NCBI GenBank assembly: GCA_965112735.1
Contig: OZ218951.1
Span: forward strand, 3,224,001-3,288,000
Direction: 5' to 3'
Length of the DNA stretch: 64,000 nucleotides
From: Phaeosaccion multiseriatum
Lineage: Eukaryota; Protista; Ochrophyta, other classes
The translations under genes and the position numbers were made by a program. Shown piece by piece: positions 36,515-48,098 of the stretch (its first letter is position 1; the number at the start of each line of letters is the position of its first letter). Below the pieces are notes generated by a model, which saw only the letters and a program-made list of their open reading frames with translations, did not search any database and was not told the origin of the DNA.

Positions 36515-38934
36515 ACAGTTTTTGGAGTTCACAAATGGCGACTACTTTCCTGGTCCGGGACCTTGCGTCCCGCCAATTCGATTAGTGCAAAATAGATTGT
36601 GCTTTCACGCTTTCAAGAAAGACCTCACCACACTTACAGGACATCACAACACACTCCACCGGCTTGACTACCTTGAGCAATTGGTAAGGATTCACTCTCT
36701 CCATAATCTGCCTCTGTCTTTTCTCCTTTCTATTTTCTTTCCTCTCCTGCCTCTTTCTGCTCATCTCCCCCTCTCCCCCCTTTTCCCTCGTCCAATCCCT
36801 CTTCCCTTCTTTCCACTCCATCCCTCTCTCTCTCCTCTCTTTTTTTCGCCTTTTGCATAGTTTATCCTGCAGTTCACAGCCGGAGGCAGCCAGCAACATC
36901 TTTTCAAGAGCCCCCATCCAGCTCACAGCGCAGCAGAAAGGCAGTAGGAAGGAAGCAGGATCAAGATGGATAGCTTGAACAACCCGCTGGCCCAGCTGGG
37001 GTTCCTGAACAGCTTTAGAACGGGCAATGCAATGATAGACATGGCGATGGCGATGTTGGTTCCTCTTCTCTTCCAGGCGCTGTTCGCCATGGACTGGCGC
37101 AAGTTGGCCAACCTGGGGGGGCTCGCTTGGCTGTTCCAGCCCAAGAAGCAGCGCTTTGAGCGAAGAATTGTATACTCCACCACAACCAACGGCTACGGGG
37201 GGAGTGACGGCGATTTCCAGGAGGAGAGGAACAACATCCTCCAAAAGGCGATTTGCATCTACGTCAGCACAGAGCTCAACCTGAAGATCGACAGCGGCGC
37301 AGTCACCCTCTCTGCCGTGAAGGAGCAAGGAACCATGGACAACAACACCTACAGCGTTGTGTACGGCTCAACGGCGGACCAGCTCAAGTCCTACTCAGTC
37401 AACACTGTCCCCGCCGCCAATGTGTGGGTGGACGTCGCCCCTGGGGTGAAGTTTTGCAAGCAGGTGGAGCAGACCGGTGAGTGAGTGAGTGGGGCGGGTG
37501 GGGTAGGAGGGTGGGCAGGCGGGTGGGCTTGAGGAGAGACTCTTGAGAGAGTCCCCAGTGCTTCTTTCTCTCACCCCTGCTGAACAACACGTTGTCTGTC
37601 TGGCTGTGAACCTGTCCTCTTGCTGTGTGAGCAGATGAGCAGGGCGAGAAGAAGAACACCATCAGGTCGAGGAGCACCGTCCTGCTCTTCCGCTCCGAGG
37701 ACAGGAACGGCGCGGCCTTGATCGACAACTTTGTGTCCACCGCCTTCAAATGGTACCAGGCCGAGATGGAGAAGATCGAGGACAGGTAAGCGCAGACTTC
37801 GCAAAGACTTGTGTGCAAGCTGGACCGAGTGACTTGAGATGGGAAGGCAGGATGATGAAGACAACTGACTTGACGGGCTTTCTGTTTCTCACCAACCCTT
37901 CCCCTTTGGCACTCAATGTTTAATCGCAGCGGTCGGTACCTCTACGCCTTGGACGGCGGGAAGGGAGACGGAGGCAGCTCTTTGGACAGCGACCACACCT
38001 ACAAGCGCTACCTGCTGAGCGAGGGCAAGACCTTCAACTCCATGTTCTTCCCGGAGAAGGAGAGCATCCTCTCTTTGCTGAGCGACTTTACGGAGAAGAA
38101 GGGCAAGTACCGCATCGAGGGCTTCCCGCACAAGCTGGGGCTGCTCCTGCACGGCCCTCCCGGTACGGGAAAGACCTCTCTGATCAAGGCCATGGCTGCG
38201 CACACCAAGCGCAACATCGTCAACATCCCGCTGGCGAGGATCAAGACCAACCAGGAGCTCATGGACATGGTATTTGGGGAGAGCTTCCCCGTCAAGGGCG
38301 AGGAGCTGCCAGGTAGGTTGGAGGGAGGGAGGGAGGGAGGGAGGGAAGGAGGGAGGGAGAAAAGAAGAGAGGGAGGAAGGGCGGCAAACGATGAGGCCAT
38401 ACACATTCCATCCACAAGAAAGTAAGTCGCTGACTTTCCTCCCCCTGCTCTCTGCCCCTTTTGCTTCTTCACACGTACAGTCAAGCTGCACTTCCGCGAC
38501 ACCATCTTTGTGTTGGAGGACGTGGACGCGGCGTCTCCCATCGTTCTCAGTCGAGCGGCGCAGAAGCAGGAGAAGAGGGAGAGGAAGGAGGAGAAGGAGA
38601 AGAAGAAGCAGAGCAAGAAGAAGAAGGAGGAGAGCAAGAAGAGCAAGAAGACAGTCGAGGTGAAGGAGGCCGAGAAGGAGAAGGAGAAGGAGAAGGAGAA
38701 GGAAGCAAGCAGGGTTGAGAAGGGGGAGGAGGTGGAGGGAGAAGGGTCCGCCCTGCCCGATGCGCCCCCGTTGCGACGTACAGAGAGCACGCAGGAGGGA
38801 GAGAAGACACGGGAGGCCTCTCTTTCTCCTTCGCCTTCGCCTCGGGCGACGGAGGGGGCTTGCGTCGTTTCGGACGTCGACAGCGATGATGATGAGAAGG
38901 AGGACAAGGAGGACGAGCTCAGCGACAGCGAGGA

Positions 38935-38968
<34 letters not shown>

Positions 38969-40110
38969 GATGATGACATGGTGATGATTGGCCCCATGGT
39001 GGAGGGGGAGGGGACAGCGGGTCCTAGGGATGACATGCTTGCCATCCTCGCCAGCTGCTTCATGGGCGGGGGCGAGAAGGAGGGCAAGGGCAAGGGAAGC
39101 GGAGGAGGAGGCGGGGGGGGCAGCTTGAGCGGTAGCCAGTTCGCCTCCAAGACCGACAAGCTGGACCTCGCCGGCGTGCTCAACGTGCTCGATGGAGTGG
39201 TGGAGACTCCAGAGAGGATTGTCATCCTCACCAGGTGAGAAGAAGAGAAGAGGGGAAGAGGCAGTCGACCCTTGTTGCTTGTTGACCTTCCTCGGCGCCG
39301 CCAAACTTCTTTGTCCTACTTGGCATCTCACCTCTTCATCTCACTCACTCTCTCTCTCTCTCTCTCTGTCTCACAGTAACCACCCCGAGAAGCTGGACCC
39401 TGCCCTGGTCCGGCCTGGGAGGATCAACCGCAAGATCCACCTCGGCTACATGACGGTGGACAACGTGGCGCAGATGATCAAGCACTACTTCGAGCAGGAC
39501 CTCGACCTCGTGCAGAGGGAGCGCCTCGAGAGGCTCTTCCGGGATGCAGCAGTTGGTGATACGGCGGCAGCAGCAGCAGCAGCAGCACCAGGGACAGGAG
39601 CAGAGGCAGAGGGCGGCCCTCAGTTCACCCCTGCAGTGGTGGAGCAGCTGTGTGCCGAGAACGACACCGTGGAGCAGATGGTGAGCTCCCTCTGCCGCCT
39701 GCACGACATCTCGCTGGCCTTCGCCGAGCGCAGCCGCAAGAAGGGGGGCAAGCCGGGACTGCAGATCGGCACCACCCTGTTCTAACTCTTTACACGCCGT
39801 CGGGCGAGACCCACTCGTGGTAGGCGGCAACTTAACGACCTCTGTACATAATATACTTCAAGTGTAAAAAAAGGCAGTCTATTTTTGGTGTTACACCTCG
39901 CACTTACAACAACTCGTCTCCACAGCCATCCTCTGACGAATCGTTGCCTCGCCTTCCCTGCCAGAAAGAGGCCACGAGAAGAGAAGAGAAGCCCACCTTA
40001 CGCCGCCCACCCTTTCTCTGCTTCATTCCCCACCGTCCTATTCACATTTTGGGTGGATCACCACCACCACCACCATCACCATCGCCTCCCTTGCTCTGCT
40101 GCTTCTGCTG
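36515..40110 (+). repeat. Left arm of ~3.6 kb inverted segmental duplication
   Basis: Reverse-complement match to 48099-51786, running from acagtt..gagttcacaaatggcgactac to ctcccttgctctgctgcttctgctg. Confidence 0.95.
36966..39785 (+). CDS. BCS1-like AAA+ ATPase, copy 1 (5 coding exons, probable 5' UTR intron 36684-36860)
   Basis: N-terminal hydrophobic anchor; LLLHGPPGTGKTS (Walker A), IFVLEDVDA (Walker B), [35 protein letters not shown] (SRH). Approximate exons: 36966-37476, 37634-37785, 37931-38312, 38481-39234, 39377-39785. Confidence 0.92.
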
Positions 40111-43100
40111 CTCCTCCTGCTCCTGCTGCTCCTTCTGCATCTGCATCTGCTGCTCCTTCTTCCAGAGCGCCTCGCGCACCTTCCTGCTCTCCTCTGCGAT
40201 CCTGCTGGCCTCTGCCTTGGCCGCCTCTTGCGGGGAGGGTTGGGGGGGCGGGGGGGGTACCACGGGTATGTCGGCAAGGGCTTTGATGGCAGGCTGGCGA
40301 AGGGTGATACTCTGCATCACAGACAGAATATTGTTGGGCAACCAGTAGAAGAAGATGCCCTGGGTGTGTGCGTAGAGGGAGAGAGAGAGAGAGAGTGCGA
40401 GGACGAGGAGTGAGTGGTGCGAGTGCGTGGGTGAGTGTGAGTGTGAGATTGGTAGGAGACAAGCATGTGGGTAGGAGACAACTATTCCCTGCCTTGCAGT
40501 TACCCAGCCCCCCATTCCACTGCCTTTCCCTAATAACCCCATCCACTGCCATCACCACAACGGCAGCGCAGTGCAGGTGCGCGAGTCATGCGTTTGCTCT
40601 TCATGAACAACCAACCAACCTAACAACCAACCACCCAACCAACCAACCAACAAACCAACCCACCAACCAACCAACCAACCAACCAAGCAGCCAACAGTCC
40701 AATCCACCAACCAACCAACCAACCCGCCCACCCACCCACCAAGCAAGCAAGCAAGCAAGCAAGCAAGAAGCACCCAATCAATCAACCGAGCGAACGAGCA
40801 ACTCACCTGCGGCATGGTGATAGCGATGGGGACGGAAACGACGCCCATGATGCGAATCATGTTCTGCATCATCTTGGCCTGTTGGGGGTTGGGTGACGCC
40901 GAAGTGTCCATGGCAAACTCTCCCAGAGCCTGCGACAAAGGGGAGGGGTGGGTGGGTGAGGAGGAAGGAAGAGGAGTAGGTTGCCCCACCAGCGATGCCT
41001 CTCGCTCGCTCTCATACGCACTCTCCCTCTCTCTCTTCTTCGCTCTTTCTCTCACTCCCTCCCTCCCTCTACTCTGTCTCCCTCCTTTCTCTCTCTCTCT
41101 CTCTCTCTCTCACCAGCAGACTGAAGCAGGTGGCAGCCGGCAAGATGTACGTGGAGTCAATTGCAGACAGGTCAGGGAACATGGCAGGACCGCCAGTGGC
41201 CCAGTCTGGGAAGTACGTTCCCATCTGAGGAAAAAGGACGAGAAGAAGAAGAAGAAGAAGAAGAAGAAGAAGAAGAAGAAGAAGAAGAAGAAGAAAAAGA
41301 AGAAGAACAACAACAACACAAATAACGACAAAAAGGGAGAGAGTGACTGAATCCGTTAATAGTGAGAGAGAGAGGAGGAGGTTTGTGGTCATGTCCTTGC
41401 TTCCTGCCCTGCCCGCGTGTGCTTTAGAAGAAAGCCCCTCGCCCCCACCACACTACAATCACCCCACACCCACACTCACCCCACCCCAGCCCGGCAAACT
41501 ACTCCCCTCCCGCCACTCTTCCTTCTCTCCTCCCTTCCCCTCTCTCCAAGCGCACCTGCCTCAGTCCGAAGAACATGCCCGTGAAGACTGGAATCTGCAC
41601 GAAGGGAAAGAGGAGCATCTTGAAGGGGTGCGGTATGCCCCTGTCCTTGAAGAAATTTAAGGACTCCGCCTTGCCCTGGGCCATCTCCTCAGGGTCTCGA
41701 GTTTGTTGGATCTGCAGGCATAATACACGAATGATCAGTACGGGAATAAGTAAGTAAGTAAGCAAGTAAGGAAGTAAGAAAGTAAGAAGGAAAGTAAGCA
41801 AGAATAAAATGAAAAGAAAAAAAAAGTCCGTCGTACAGCCGTTCCTTCAGGCAGAGCCCAAAGCCCAAAGTAAGCAAGCAAGGCAAGGCACCATACCCCT
41901 GCCCCCCCGACCCCATCTGCTCAACATCCATCCCGTGCTCCCCCTTTCGTCCGTGTCTTTCGGCTTCGGCTTGCACCCCAACCGCAACCCCACCCCTCCG
42001 CCTGCTCCTGCCAGTGCATGCGCTTGCTTGCTTGCTATCCCTCCCCACCTGCTGCATCTTCTTCTGCAACGCCTCAAGCTCGGGCTTGACGATGGCGAGC
42101 TGCGCGGCTCCCCTCATCTGCGCGATGGTCATGGGAACCAAAGCGATCCGGAGCATGACGGTGAGGGCGATGACTGTCTGCCAATAGGGCAGGCCGCTTG
42201 CCACGTGTAAGGCCTCGACCGCCCTCATGGCAAGTTCACTTGGCCACATCCCCACTGAGGGGTGAGAGGAGAGGGGGAAGAGGGGAGGGGAAGGGGGGTT
42301 GGGGGGGAGTGGGGGTTCGTTCAGGGACTCTAGTTCTTGGTCACACACAATCGGAGAAGAGAAGGTGTGGGATGACGCAACGCATTCAGACAAACGCCTC
42401 CTCCTCCTCCTCCTCCTCCTCCTCCTCCTCCTCCTCCTCCTCCTCCTCCTCCTCCTCCTCCTCCTCCTCCTGCTCCTGGTCCTCATATCTCTCTGGAAAG
42501 AAGGACATGCAATGCATTATACAATCTCGCAGCGGCGGCGTTTGCTTTCAGCACCAGGGTCTTTCATAGGGTACCTCAAGGGCAAAGGATGGGGGGGGCA
42601 CAGCACATCAACTGGGATGCCTGGCGCCTTCCGGAAGGACGCCGTGGAAGGACTCTCCATCTTTCTGTTGCCGATTGGGTATATCAGGCCAAGAGAATCT
42701 TTTGCACTTGCCGACCGTGACACCCTCCTCACTTACGTTGGTCGGGAGATACACTCCCCAGCGTGCTCACTGCTGCATCCACGTTACTTGTAATGCCTGC
42801 CGCTGCTTCGGCTCCACTCCCAGCGACGCTCGTGCTTATTCCGTCGACACTGCTGCTCCCAACGTCAATACTGTCAACGCTGCTACTAACACTGGTGGCG
42901 CCAACCTCTGCTCTACCATCGTCTGCCCCCCAAGCCGGATTATCGGTCGAGAAGGGGTCTTGCATTATCTGCCCTTCAGAAGAGGATCCTGATCCCGCCG
43001 CTTCTTCTCCAGTTCCGTTTGCACCAGCCGCTCCAGACCCCGCTCCCTCCTTGCCCTCCTTGCCCCCCCCGCGACCGAACCAACTCGCGTGTCGCACGCC

Positions 43101-43364
43101 CCCCAGCTGCCGGCGATGCCGCTCGTAGTCGTTCTGCCGATACCCATGAAGGCCAGGGTAGGGACTCAAGATTCTTCTGCTGTTGCCGCTATTATTGCAG
43201 CTATTGCTGCTGCTGTTGTCGTTCTTGGCGCCACAGTCATGCTGGACAAGCAGAGATGAGTAGTTGGACGTGCTGACTGTGGCAGCAGCACCAGACTTGG
43301 CAGATCCCCTCCAACAGCATTTCCGCAGCACCGATGAGGCGTAGATGCCCTGCTTTCGAAGCAT
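40042..43364 (-). CDS. OXA1: Oxa1/YidC/Alb3 family membrane insertase, mitochondrial-type, 6 exons
   Basis: EALHVASGLPYWQTVIALTVMLRIALVP, KPEL, PFVQIPVFTGMFFGLR, FPDLSAIDSTYILP, MPQGIFFYWLPNNILSVMQ. Presequence ends ..GGVRHASWF. Approximate exons: 43364-42735, 42254-42049, 41711-41556, 41225-41114, 40929-40807, 40359-40042. Confidence 0.9.
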
Positions 43365-43532
43365 GGTCTTCTGCGAGAAGGAAGAGGCGAGGACGATATC
43401 CGAGGACAGGACAAGATCGTGCTGTCAGGTGCCATCGATGGAGGCGTACGGGAAATCTTTTGGAGTGATAATCGATGATAATTGAAGGCCAAGCAAGTGC
43501 TGCCTGCGCAAAGGAGGAGGAAGGACGGAGCT

Positions 43533-46500
43533 ATGCTCCATCAAAGAGCGAGACTATCGTTTGTACGGTGCCACCGCCACGTCGCTGCACTGCGAAAGCA
43601 GGAGCAGCTGAGGAAATATCGGTGCGCCTTCTCAGCCTCAGCCGGGCAGCTGCAGCAGCAGCAGCAGGGTGCAAGAGCGGCATCCGTAACATCAGGAGGT
43701 GTGCATCCAGGGTTGACGAGTAGACGGCGCAGGCTTTGTACTACTACGCCCACTCGCGGCTATGCAGAGGGGAAGTCCACGGCTGCGATGGGTGGAGATG
43801 CCACAGCCGCCCATGCGGCTGATTCCCTTGAGGGATTAGGCAGCACCAACGACGAGCAGCAGCGAGAGAAGCAGATGATGGTGATGAGCGAGCTTGCGGT
43901 ATTCGGGCGGCGGAAGCTCTGGAGGGAGGTTCATCGCGTGCTGCAGCGCGCCAGACAGCAAGGAGTCCTTGTGGATGGCTACGTGTATGGAGCCGCCTTC
44001 GCTGCCCTCGCCAAGAGCGGGCGCTGGAGAGAGTCACTGGCGCTCCTGGCGGAGATGCCCGTGTACAAGGTGCCGGTCAACCTGGTGCACTACAAGACCG
44101 TCATGAGGGCTTGCGCTAAGGTACGAGCCTCTCAGAGGGCAGGCACATCACGCGACGATTACTCGCCTCCCAAGGTACCTCTTGCCCGCATGCACACATA
44201 TACCGCTCTTTTCGCTCCAGCTTCCCCTCCCTCAACCCCACCCCCACCCCCACCCCCATACTCATGTTCGTCTCTAACCACCCTACAACAGGGGCGCAAG
44301 CTCGACGTCATGGCGCAAGTCTTCGGCGACTTACACAACAAGGGCCTAACCGCGGACGTGAGCACGTACAACATCATGATTGCAGCGTACGGCCGCAGCG
44401 AGAGGCCCGAGGAGGCGGTGGCACTGCTCAGAGCCATGAAGGAGGCAGGGGTGCCGCCAGATGCACTGAGCTACCACACCGCCATTGACGCATGCGGCAA
44501 TGCGAGGCAGCTCGACCTCATGGCGAGCCTGTTCGACGAGTTTAGGGCGGAGGTATCGTCAACATCATCATCAGTAGCAGCAGCAACAGGAGGAGGAGGA
44601 GGAGGAGGAGGAGGAGAGGAAGGGAGAGCGGACACTGCGGTGGAGGGGAGCGGCAGCATCGGCACCGGCGGCATGACGCCAGTGCTGCAGTGCTACAGCT
44701 CCATGATCTGCTCCCTCGCCAAGATGGGCCAATTCGACCAAGCCAAGGAGCTGCTCCAAGAGATGGAGGAGCAGCGCAGAGGAGCGGACGCGGCGGACAG
44801 GGACAGCAGCTCTGCTTCCTCTTCTTCCTCTGCTTCCATCCAACCCACTCTGGTGTGCTACGCCTCGCTCCTCAGTGCTTGCGCCAAGGCCGGCAATAGC
44901 AGAGAAGCGTTTCGCATCCTCTCGGATATGCGAAGCGCTGGCTTGCAGCCCAGTGTACAGTGCTACACGAGTTTCATGAAGGCGAGTGCGGCGGAGGAGG
45001 GGGGCGGGGGCGGCGGCTTGGAGAGGGGCCTCGAGGCACTGGAGGAAGGGGGGTGGTGGGACCGGGAGGCCTACTGCGCGGCCATTGTGCAGTGTCTAAA
45101 GCAGCACGAAGGAAGAGGGCCGAGCACAACGGGTAGCACAGGAGGAGGAGGAAGAGGAGGAGGCGGGCGAGGGCGAGACGGCAGGGGGTGGCTGAGGAAG
45201 GCCATGTCGTTGCTGAGTGACATGAAGGGCAAAGGACTATCGCCCGACCTGTCATGCTACGAGGCTCTCGTTAAGGCGCACAGCAGCGATAGCGTAAAGA
45301 GCAGCAGCAGTAGCAGGGGCAGCAGTTGGTCATCCAGCAGCCGCGGCGAAGGTGCAGGGGAAGGGGGGGGGGTCTTTGTTGGTGGTGGGGAGGAGGAGCG
45401 GCAAGAAAGGGCTCACGTAGTGGCCCGGGGGCTGCTCGGAGAAATGCATGCCATGGCCGTGGCAGACATGAAAGAAAAGGACGAAGAGAGAAGAGGGAGG
45501 ATGGGGGTGGACAAGGGGAAGGGTGGGGGAGACTGGAGTGATGACGACGACGGCAGTAGTAGAGCAGGCAACGCGAAGCTGTGGGGTGTCATGAGTGGGA
45601 GCTTTCAGGCCCTTCTAAAGGCACATGCGGAAACGGGTAGGCATGACCAGGCGCTGGCCCTTCTCGCTATGATGAAGCAGACCCGGCTTGGGGGGGGGGC
45701 ACAGCAGCAGCAGGCAGAGGGTGGAGAGGAGGGCGGCGGGGGAGTGGCGAGGGGCAAGAAGAGGATAAGCCAAGAAGAGGAACCCATTGGATCACACCTG
45801 ATGGACCTTGTTATCGCCTCTTTTGTGGGGGGCAGCAGCAGCACCGGCGGCAGCAGCAGCAGCACCAGCGGCAGGCACGGCGCCGATAGCGCAGCAGAAG
45901 CGGAGAGGCGGCTGGCGACTGTGAGTGGACTGATGGAGGAGATGCAGGCCAACAAGCAACTCCCCGCCAAGCAGAGCTTTGCTGCGGCCATTCGACTCTG
46001 CGCTCTCTGTGGAGACGGCGGGGGTGTGCTGGAGAGCGAAGGAGGAGGAGTGAGAGGAGCGACATCATCAAGCTTCGAGGCACAAGGAGGAGGAGTGAGA
46101 GGAGCGACATCATCAAGCTTCGAGGCACAAGATGGGAGGGCTGTGGCAGGGGTAGGGGCTGCGGCTGATGAGAGCCTACCCCATGACCCAGATTCGTTAG
46201 ACTCCGGGAGCCGCGCGTACGCCTATTTGCAGGAGATGAACAAGAAGGGTTACCGCCCTGTCGTGCAGACGTACTGTGACGTCATCACTGCTTGTGCTCG
46301 GGCCGGGCAGGAGGAGATGACTTTCGATGCCATGGTTATGCTCAGACAAGGTGAGTGAGTGAGGAGGAGGCGTGTAGCAAAGCACCACTTACCCTCCCTC
46401 CCTCCTTAGTATCCTTAATGGACGCTGCTGCTCCTTCCTTCTCGGTCCCGATCCTCCTCCTCTCCTCCTCCTCCTCCTCCTCCTCCTCCTCCTCCTCCTC

Positions 46501-47108
46501 CTCCTCCTCCTCCTCCTCCTCCTCCTCCTTCTCCTCCTCCTCCTCCTTCTCTCCTCCTCCTCCTCCTCCTGCTCCTCCCTCCTCCTCCCTCCTCCTCCTC
46601 CTCCTCCTCCTGCTCCTCCTGCTCCTCCTCCTCCTCCTGCTCCTCCTCCTCCTCCTCCTTCTCTCCTCCTCCTCCTCCTCCTCCTCCTCCTCCTCCTCCT
46701 CCTCCTCCTCCTCCTCCTCCTCCTCCTCCTCCTTCTCTCCTCCTCCTCCTCCTCCTCCTCGCCCCACCCTCGCTCATCATCGAATCACACACCCACCCAC
46801 CCACCCATCCACCCACCACAACTCTCAACAGGCCGTGCAGAAGCGACCATGGACTCGTGGACGTATTCCGCGGTGCTGCAGATGCTCATTGCCAAACACG
46901 ACTACGGCAAGGCCCACGAGGTGCTCAAGGTCATGGACAAGGACAGAGTGAGGCTTGACGCAGGCTGTCTCGACGCGGCCATCGCAGTCACTTGCTCGAG
47001 GGGAGACGCGGCTACCGCGGAGAGGCTGTACCGCGACTACATGTTACTAGCAACGGCAGGACCAGCACAAGTGCAGCAGTTGGGGTTACCGGAGGAGCAA
47101 CAGCAACA

Positions 47109-47150
<42 letters not shown>

Positions 47151-48096
47151 CAGGCCCCGCGCAGAGACGTATCACTTGTTCATCTCCACTCTCATCGAGG
47201 CGGGCAAGACGAAGCGCGCCGTAGCTCTGTTGGACGACATGCGGCCCTACCCCGACCGCAGAGCCTTGGAGTTGGCCGTGGGTGCGTGTGCGGTGGACAG
47301 GAGCATGCTTGACAAGTGCCTGTCGCTACTGGACGAGATGGTGATAAAGCGCGGGTTCGAGCCCAGTCAGGCAAGTATTGTTGGAGTCATTCTCGCCGCA
47401 GGAAAGAGAAAGGCGGGGGGACGCGGAATGGCATCAGAAATGGCAACAGCTGGCCCAGATAGCAACAGTGTTATGGGCGCAGATGGCAGTGGTTGGAGCG
47501 GCCTTGACGTCTTTCGGCGAGCGGAATCGGAGTGGAAAGTCGCCCCTGGCCCCGAGGTATACGACGCGGTGTTGCAGACTCTTGACACCGGTGGCAGCAG
47601 AAGGAACAGCGACGATGCCGAAGCTTCGAAGGAGGTGTATGCAGAGGCCGTGGAGCGCGGCGTGCTCAAGCATTGGGCGAGCATGGACACCGTCACCACA
47701 CCCACCTCCCCCACCTTCTCCTCTTCCACGGGTGGTGACGCTTCTGCGGCGCTTGAAGCCGGCGAGGAGAGCGAGAGCAATGGGGCTGCAGCAGGGGAAG
47801 AACAGGAGGAGGAGGAAGAAAAAGAAGAAGACGTGGTCCTGGACTTCCGTCGCTACTCCCTGGCGGCGAGTAAGGCGGCTTTGCGGCACGTCAGTGGCGA
47901 ATTGACATGTTCAGGGTTGCCAACTGTAGAGGTCATCACAGGCAACAGCAAGCCGAGGCTGAGGCTCTTCCAGCCTGCGCTCGTCAAGTGGATTGAGCAG
48001 GAGTCAGGGTCCGGTGTAACCGTCTCCATCGACTCCGCCAACCCTGGCCGCCTTGTGCTCACGCTGCCGGCAGATAGACAAATGCTCTTCCACTGA
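43533..48096 (+). CDS. Pentatricopeptide repeat protein with C-terminal degenerate Smr/MutS2 domain (PPR-SMR)
   Basis: PPR motifs such as VSTYNIMIAAYGRSERPEEAVALLRAMKEAGVPPDALSYHTAIDACG and CYASLLSACAKAG..AFRILSDMRSAGLQPS. C-terminal VLDFRRYSLAASKAAL..VEVITG..NPGRLVL. Introns at ~44121-44291 (in-frame) and 46351-46831. Confidence 0.88.
46040..46130 (+). repeat. Exact 45 bp tandem duplication within the PPR CDS (GGGVRGATSSSFEAQ x2)
   Basis: aggaggaggagtgagaggagcgacatcatcaagcttcgaggcaca occurs twice in tandem. Confidence 0.9.
46455..46760. repeat. (CCT)n microsatellite in PPR intron
   Basis: Seen directly. Confidence 0.9.
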
Positions 48097-48098
48097 TT

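Noticed and set aside
37913-39331. Long antisense ORFs overlapping the ATPase genes (also 49366-50349)
   Set aside because: These are shadow ORFs caused by GC3-rich codon usage on the opposite strand.
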